DNA from: an uncultured Oscillibacter sp.
GTDB lineage: Bacteria > Bacillota > Clostridia > Oscillospirales > Oscillospiraceae
Assembly: GCF_900544955.1 (NCBI RefSeq)
Contig: NZ_UQXD01000008.1
Location: 1,310-65,309, forward strand
DNA: 64,000 bases
Direction of reading: 5' to 3'
In this document: positions 59,019 to 64,000 of the stretch, piece after piece
Numbering within the stretch: position 1 is the first letter of the stretch
Layout: each line of letters starts with the position of its first letter
Notes under the pieces: model-generated
Told to the model about the DNA's origin: nothing
The model's input: only the letters and a program-made list of their open reading frames with translations
The model's database searches: none
Program-made: the position numbers and the translations under genes

Positions 59019-60429
59019 GACGTGGTTTTTCGACAGTCTCAAGGCCAAATTCGGCCTGAGCTACATCCTCATCATCGCGGCGGTGCTGCTGCTGCTGAAC
59101 ACCTATCCCCTGCGGGTGTCGGAGGATTTGGTATTCCGCTCCAAGGAGACCACCCTCCAGTCCAGCGTCTCCGTGATGGTCTACTCCCTCTCCGGCCTGG
59201 ACCGGCTGACGGAGGAGAACGTGGCGGAGGCCATGGCGGTGGTGGAGGAGACGGGCCTCTCCCGCATTTTGGTGACGGACGGCGCAGGACTGGTGCTGTA
59301 CGACACCCGAGAGACCGGCGGCGCCGTGGGGGAGTACACCTTCTACACGGAGATCGTCCAGGCGCTGCTGGGCAACGACGCCTTCACCTGCTCCTACGAA
59401 AACGGGGCCTTCCGCAGCCATGCCTCCACCCCTGTGATGTACCGCAACCAGATCATCGGCGCGGTGTATGCCTATGAGTACGACCGGTCCCAGGCCCTGC
59501 TGCTGGAGGGCCTCCAGGGGAATCTGCTGCGGCTGTCTGCCGTCATCGGGGCGGCGGTGCTGGTGCTCAGCGGCGTGCTGTCCGCGGCGCTGACCAAGAA
59601 GATCAGCCAGCTCCTCACCGCCATCCGCCAGGTGCGGGAGGGGGCGTACAGCCACCGGGCGGAGGTCCGGGGGCGGGACGAGATCGCCCAGATCGGCCAG
59701 GAGTTCAACAGCCTGACGGACCGGCTCCAGACCACGGAGGACACCCGCCGCCGCTTCGTCTCCGACGCCTCCCACGAGCTGAAGACCCCCCTGGCGGCCA
59801 TCCGGCTGCTGACGGACTCCATTTTGCAGACGGAGGACATCGACCCGGAGACCACCCGGGAGTTCGTGGCGGACATCGGCGCCGAGGCGGAGCGGCTCAG
59901 CCGCATCACGGAGGCGCTGCTGCGGCTGACCCGTCTGGACAACGGGCTGCTGGACGTGGCGTCGGCGGTGGACGTGCTGCCGGTTTTGGAGCAGACCATG
60001 CGGATGATGAGCCTGGTGGCCCATGAGAAGGACATCGACCTCACCTACGACGCCGCGGAGGGCTGCACGGTGCTGGCCACCCGGGACGAGATCCACCAGG
60101 TCATCTACAACCTGACGGACAATGCCGTGAAGTACAGCGCCCCCGGCGGAACGGTGCAGGTCTCCCTGCGGCGGGAGGCGGATTGGGTGGTGCTGTCCGT
60201 GGCGGACGACGGCGCCGGCATTCCGGAGGCGGATCTGCCCCGGATTTTCGAGCGGTTCTACCGGGTGGACAAGGCCCGCTCCCGGGCCGCCGGCGGCACC
60301 GGGCTGGGCCTCTCCATCGTCAGCGACACGGTGCGCAAGCGGGGCGGCACCGTGGAGGCGGCCAATCTGCCCCAGGGCGGCGCGCTGTTCACGGTCCGCT
60401 GGCCCTGGCGGGAAGGAGGGACGGCATGA
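59005..60429 (+). CDS. HAMP sensor histidine kinase (start codon unresolved)
   Basis: SHELKTPL, NLTDNAVKY, DDGAGI, IFERFYR, GTGLGL; frame open from 58984 but no ATG/GTG/TTG before TM1. Confidence 0.9.
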   Translation: MSRDRTWFFDSLKAKFGLSYILIIAAVLLLLNTYPLRVSEDLVFRSKETTLQSSVSVMVYSLSGLDRLTEENVAEAMAVVEETGLSRILVTDGAGLVLYDTRETGGAVGEYTFYTEIVQALLGNDAFTCSYENGAFRSHASTPVMYRNQIIGAVYAYEYDRSQALLLEGLQGNLLRLSAVIGAAVLVLSGVLSAALTKKISQLLTAIRQVREGAYSHRAEVRGRDEIAQIGQEFNSLTDRLQTTEDTRRRFVSDASHELKTPLAAIRLLTDSILQTEDIDPETTREFVADIGAEAERLSRITEALLRLTRLDNGLLDVASAVDVLPVLEQTMRMMSLVAHEKDIDLTYDAAEGCTVLATRDEIHQVIYNLTDNAVKYSAPGGTVQVSLRREADWVVLSVADDGAGIPEADLPRIFERFYRVDKARSRAAGGTGLGLSIVSDTVRKRGGTVEAANLPQGGALFTVRWPWREGGTA

Positions 60430-61319
60430 GACGGCTTTGCGCGGCGCTGCTGCTGTGCGCCCTGCTGCTGGGGGGCTGCGCCTACGGGGCGGCGGACCGG
60501 GAGGGGCGTACCTACGACCTCTATTTCCAGGAGGCGGACCTGACCCGGGCCGCCGGGGGGGATGTCCTCCGGGCGGAGCCGCTGCCGGCGGGGGAGGCCG
60601 GGGACACCCGGGCCCTGGCCGAGGCCCTGGTGACGGCCCTCTTGGCCGGGCCGTCCGACGAGACGCTGAAAAGCCCCATCCCCTCCGGGACCCAGCTCCT
60701 CTCCCTGGAGGTGGAGCGGGGGAGGGCGGTGGTGGACCTGTCCTCCCCCTACGCGGCGCTGTCCGGCGTGGGGCTGACCCTGGCGGACTACGCCATCACC
60801 CTGACGCTGACCCAACTGCCGGAGATTTTGTCGGTGGAGATCACCGTCCGGGGCCGGCCGCTGGCCTACCGGGACAAGCAGGTGTTCACCGCCCGGGACG
60901 TGCTCCTCTCCCCCATGGGGGACGTGGTGAGCACCGTGCCCGCCACGCTGTACTTCCTGAACGAGAGCGGGGAGCTGGCGGCGGAGAAGCGGATGCTGGA
61001 GCTGTACGAGGGCGACACCCAGGTGGGGGCCGTGTCCGCGGCGCTGGAGCAGGGGCCGGAGAACAAGGACCTGTCCCCCGTGCTGCCGGAGGGCTTCCGG
61101 GTGCGGTCCGTGTGGCTGGAGGAGGGCGTCTGCTACGTGAACCTCTCCTCCGCCCAGCTGGAGAACCTGCCCCAGGCGGCGGGGCTGTCCGCCGCCCTCC
61201 ACGCCCTGCGGCGGTCGCTGTGCTCCCTGGAGGCGGTGGAGGAGGTCCAGTTCCTGGTGGACGGGGAGTTTGCCAGGACCTACGGCCCGGTGAACATCGC
61301 CAGCCCCTATTCCGAATAA
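60426..61319 (+). CDS. Lipoprotein with two GerMN domains
   Basis: Lipobox LGGC; two LYF...AL..GP...P.G..(L/V)...V(D/N)LS...(L/V)..V repeats. Confidence 0.88.
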   Translation: MRRLCAALLLCALLLGGCAYGAADREGRTYDLYFQEADLTRAAGGDVLRAEPLPAGEAGDTRALAEALVTALLAGPSDETLKSPIPSGTQLLSLEVERGRAVVDLSSPYAALSGVGLTLADYAITLTLTQLPEILSVEITVRGRPLAYRDKQVFTARDVLLSPMGDVVSTVPATLYFLNESGELAAEKRMLELYEGDTQVGAVSAALEQGPENKDLSPVLPEGFRVRSVWLEEGVCYVNLSSAQLENLPQAAGLSAALHALRRSLCSLEAVEEVQFLVDGEFARTYGPVNIASPYSE

Positions 61320-61393
61320 GCAGACAGCGGGGCGGGACAGATGTCCCGCCCCGCTGCGGCTGTTGGAAGCGTGCCGCAGGCACGTTTCCCGGG

Positions 61394-61503
61394 AGGCTCG
61401 GTCCGGCCATGCGCACTGCCCGCGCACGGCCGGACCGGGAGAGATCGCCGCTGACCAGAAGGCTCGGCCCGCAGGTGCGCACTGTTCGCACACCTGCGGG
61501 CCG
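61394..61503 (-). other. Two tandem covarying 16-bp hairpins (candidate structured RNA or REP-like element)
   Basis: 44-nt units at 61394 and 61460; four compensatory pairs; plus-strand A/C mismatches become G-U on the minus strand. Confidence 0.7.
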
Positions 61504-61630
61504 CGGTGCTGTCTCTGCCGCGCACACGCCGCGGCGGAAGCGGATTCCATTTCCTTTCGCCGCACCGGCGGCGAAGGGCGGCGCGGCGGGTTTGCCGGAA
61601 GAGCGGGACATCGGTCCTGTTCCCCCGGGG

Positions 61631-62152
61631 CTACATGCCGAACAGCAGCCGCACCGCGAAGGCGGAAGCCACAAAGCCCGTCAAATCCGCCGCCAGCGCC
61701 GCCGGAACGGCGTGGCGGGTCCGGTAGATGCCGGCGGAGCCGAAGTAGACGGCGATGGTGTAGAAGGTGGTCTCCGTGCTGCCCAGCATCACCGCCGCCA
61801 CCCGGCCGGTGTAGCTGTCGGGGCCGTAGGTGGTCATCAGGTCGGTGCCCACCGCCAGGGCGCCGCTGCCGGACACCGGGCGGATCAGCATCAGCGGCGT
61901 GGTCTCCGGCGGCACCCCCAGCGCGTCCAGCACCGGGGCGCACAGGGCCGACAGCCACTCCATGGCGCCGGAGGCCCGGAACATGGATACGGCGGTGAGC
62001 AGTCCCACCAGGGCCGGGACGATGCGCAGCAGCACCGTCAGCCCCTCCTCCGCCCCGTGGGTGAGGGCGCCGTACACGTCCACCCGGCGGCCCATGCCGT
62101 ACGCCGCCACGGCGGCCAGGAGGACGGGGATCACCAGGGAGCTGAGATTCAC
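61631..62152 (-). CDS. spmB: Spore maturation protein B
   Basis: MFRASG, IRPVSGSG, YGPDS..G, GSTETTFY..AVYFG; GTGA overlap with spmA. Confidence 0.95.
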   Translation of the reverse strand: MNLSSLVIPVLLAAVAAYGMGRRVDVYGALTHGAEEGLTVLLRIVPALVGLLTAVSMFRASGAMEWLSALCAPVLDALGVPPETTPLMLIRPVSGSGALAVGTDLMTTYGPDSYTGRVAAVMLGSTETTFYTIAVYFGSAGIYRTRHAVPAALAADLTGFVASAFAVRLLFGM

Positions 62153-62733
62153 TTGCGTCTCCTTTCCAGGCGGGAGAGCAGCCAGGCGACGCTCAGCCCC
62201 ACGGTCACCGACAGCACCGAGGACAGCCACACCGCCGGCAGGATGTCAAAGGGCGTCCGGCACCCGGCGGCGGAGCGGACGGAGGCGATGGTGGCGGGCA
62301 GAAGCTGGATGGAGGCGGTGTTCAGCACCACCAGAAGGCACAGCTCGTCGCTGGCCACGCCGCTGCAATCCTTGGCCATCCGCCGGGCCGCCCGGATGCC
62401 CAGGGGCGTGGCGGCGTTGCCCAGCCCCAGCAGGTTGGCGGAGACGTTGGCGGAGACCGCCGCCAACGTCTCCGGGTCCTTGCAGGCCTGGGGCAGCAGC
62501 CGCCGCAGAATGGGCCGGAAGGCCCTGGCCAGCCCGCCGGAGAGGCCGCAGGCGTTCATGATCTCCATGACCCCGCTCCAGAGGCACAGCACCCCCGCCA
62601 TGGAGAGGCTCAATTGAATGGCGGAATCCGCGCCGGACAGCGCGGCCTCCGCCACGGCGTCCAGATTTCCGGTGGCAAGGCCGAACCCCAGGGACAGCAC
62701 CACCATCCCCGTCCATACCCAGGCCATCGCCAT
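62149..62733 (-). CDS. spmA: Spore maturation protein A
   Basis: LWSGVM, ANLLGLGNAATPLG, NTASIQLLP. Confidence 0.95.
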   Translation of the reverse strand: MAMAWVWTGMVVLSLGFGLATGNLDAVAEAALSGADSAIQLSLSMAGVLCLWSGVMEIMNACGLSGGLARAFRPILRRLLPQACKDPETLAAVSANVSANLLGLGNAATPLGIRAARRMAKDCSGVASDELCLLVVLNTASIQLLPATIASVRSAAGCRTPFDILPAVWLSSVLSVTVGLSVAWLLSRLERRRK

Positions 62734-62799
62734 GACATCATCTCCTTGCACAATTGTCGCATGATTTGTTAATTTAGTTTTAACTTCCATCGTTGCCAA

Positions 62800-62833
62800 T
62801 TGACATTTCGTGGCAGTGTGTGATATTGTCGAA
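62800..62833 (+). promoter_or_regulatory. abrB promoter overlapped by a Spo0A box
   Basis: TTGACA-18-TGaTATTGT; TGTCGAA at 62827-33. Confidence 0.75.
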
Positions 62834-62878
62834 ATCATAGAAAAAGAGAATGATTTTGATGAGAGAAGGAGAGACACT

Positions 62879-63121
62879 GTGAAATCGACAGGTATTGTGC
62901 GGAAAGTGGATGAACTGGGTCGGATCGTGCTCCCCATTGAGATGCGCCGCACGCTGGACATCGCGGAGAAGGACGCATTGGAAATCTATGTGGAGGGGTC
63001 GTCCGTCATTCTGAAAAAATACAAGCCCAGCTGTATTTTTTGTGACAGCAGCAAGGATATCACCGTTTTTAAAGGCAAGAACGTCTGCCCCAAGTGCTTG
63101 AAGGAACTGAAAACACTGTAA
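62879..63121 (+). CDS. abrB: Transition-state regulator AbrB
   Basis: MKSTGIVRKVDELGRIVLP.E.RR; C-terminal CIFC...CPKC; convergent with rsmI as in Bacillus. Confidence 0.95.
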   Translation: MKSTGIVRKVDELGRIVLPIEMRRTLDIAEKDALEIYVEGSSVILKKYKPSCIFCDSSKDITVFKGKNVCPKCLKELKTL

Positions 63122-63150
63122 ATCGTTAAATCGCCGCAAACGCGGAAGGA

Positions 63151-63183
63151 AGCCCCTGTGGACAGTACCACAGGGGCTGTTTT
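63151..63183 (+). terminator. Terminator between abrB and rsmI
   Basis: AGCCCCTGTGG/CCACAGGGGCT followed by GTTTT. Confidence 0.7.
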
Positions 63184-63199
63184 GTATCCTTTTCGGCGC

Positions 63200-64000
63200 T
63201 CAGCGGTCCAGGGCGGCGGTGTACAGCTCGTTTTTGGACCAGCCCGTGTGCGCCGCCACCTCCCTGGCGGCGTCCTTCAGCCGGACGCCCTGCTCCTGAA
63301 GGGCCAGCACCTGGGCCACGGCCTCCTCCAGCGGGACGGCGGCCGCCTGGGGCGGCTCCGCGCCGGCCACCACCAGCACGAACTCCCCCTTGGGGGCGGT
63401 CTCCCCGTAGTAGGCCACCGCCTCCCCCAGGGTGCAGCGGCGGGTCTCCTCGTGGAGCTTGGTCAGCTCCCGGCACAGGGCGATCCGCCGCTCCGGCCCG
63501 AAGGCCTCGGAGAGGTCCGCCAGGGTGGAGCGGAGCTTGTGGGGTGCCTCGTGGAAGATCATAGTGCGCTCCTCGGTTTTCAGGGCCTCCAGGCGCTCCC
63601 GGCGGCTCTTTTTGTTGACGGTGAGGAACCCCTCGAAGGTGAAGCGGCCCGTGGGCAGGCCGCTGACCGCCAGGGCGTTCACCGCCGCGCAGCACCCGGG
63701 GATGGAGAGCACCTCCACGCCCTCCTCCGCGCACAGACGCACCAGCTCCTCCCCCGGGTCCGAGACGGCGGGGGTGCCGGCGTCGGTCACCAGGGCGCAG
63801 GACTCCCCCGCCAGCAGCCGGCGCAAAATTGTCTGTCCGGCGGAGGCGTGGCTGTGGGCGTGGTAGCTCACCAGGGGCTTTTTGATGGAGAAGTGGTTCA
63901 AGAGCTTGACGGACACCCGGGTGTCCTCCGCCGCGATGAAGTCCACGGCCTCCAGCATCTCCACCGCCCGGGGGGAGAAGTCCCCCAGATTGCCGATGGG
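63200..64000 (-). CDS. rsmI: 16S rRNA Cm1402 methyltransferase (5'-truncated by window edge)
   Basis: PIGNLGD, AEDTR, DAGTPAVSDPG, FEGFL, RELTKLHEE, KGEFV. Confidence 0.95.
   Translation of the reverse strand, partial: PIGNLGDFSPRAVEMLEAVDFIAAEDTRVSVKLLNHFSIKKPLVSYHAHSHASAGQTILRRLLAGESCALVTDAGTPAVSDPGEELVRLCAEEGVEVLSIPGCCAAVNALAVSGLPTGRFTFEGFLTVNKKSRRERLEALKTEERTMIFHEAPHKLRSTLADLSEAFGPERRIALCRELTKLHEETRRCTLGEAVAYYGETAPKGEFVLVVAGAEPPQAAAVPLEEAVAQVLALQEQGVRLKDAAREVAAHTGWSKNELYTAALDR

Noticed and set aside
61394..61503. 66-bp periodicity as a mini-CRISPR
   Set aside because: Only two units, 44 nt long with a 22-nt gap, and they differ at 12 positions in a structure-preserving way, unlike CRISPR repeats

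Overview
GC-rich core-genome segment of a spore-forming Clostridia bacterium. Gene content and style suggest Oscillospiraceae (inference). In order it holds: psuK-psuG; an AT-rich Arc/RHH gene pair; T-box-thrS; pyc; a TAXI-TRAP transporter; an ECF-promoter-led MFP-ABC-permease-SLH operon; rlmI-like methyltransferase; an amidase; rny; a Cache-GGDEF diguanylate cyclase; a two-gene SufC/SufB (SMS-like) pair; a disrupted lipoprotein; a LytTR plus membrane-protein pair; fakA/asp23; rsmD-coaD; a reduced dcw cluster with no murF, murD or ftsA; spoIVB and spo0A; padR-DUF2812; a cwlJ-like/gerQ-like pair; a DD-carboxypeptidase; comEA-RR-HK-GerMN; spmAB; abrB; rsmI. I saw no rRNA, tRNA, CRISPR array, transposase, integrase or phage gene. 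The strongest unexplained signals are: (i) two tandem 16-bp hairpins at 61394-61503 that differ by four compensatory base-pair swaps and pair fully only on the minus strand; (ii) an internally duplicated membrane-fusion protein co-transcribed with an SLH protein; (iii) a remote GerQ-like partner next to a CwlJ-like hydrolase; (iv) a hidden Arc-family gene with an 11-bp-phased operator; (v) an exact 22-nt translation-initiation sequence shared in inverted orientation by two unrelated genes. All family calls come from reading motifs by eye; no database search was run.
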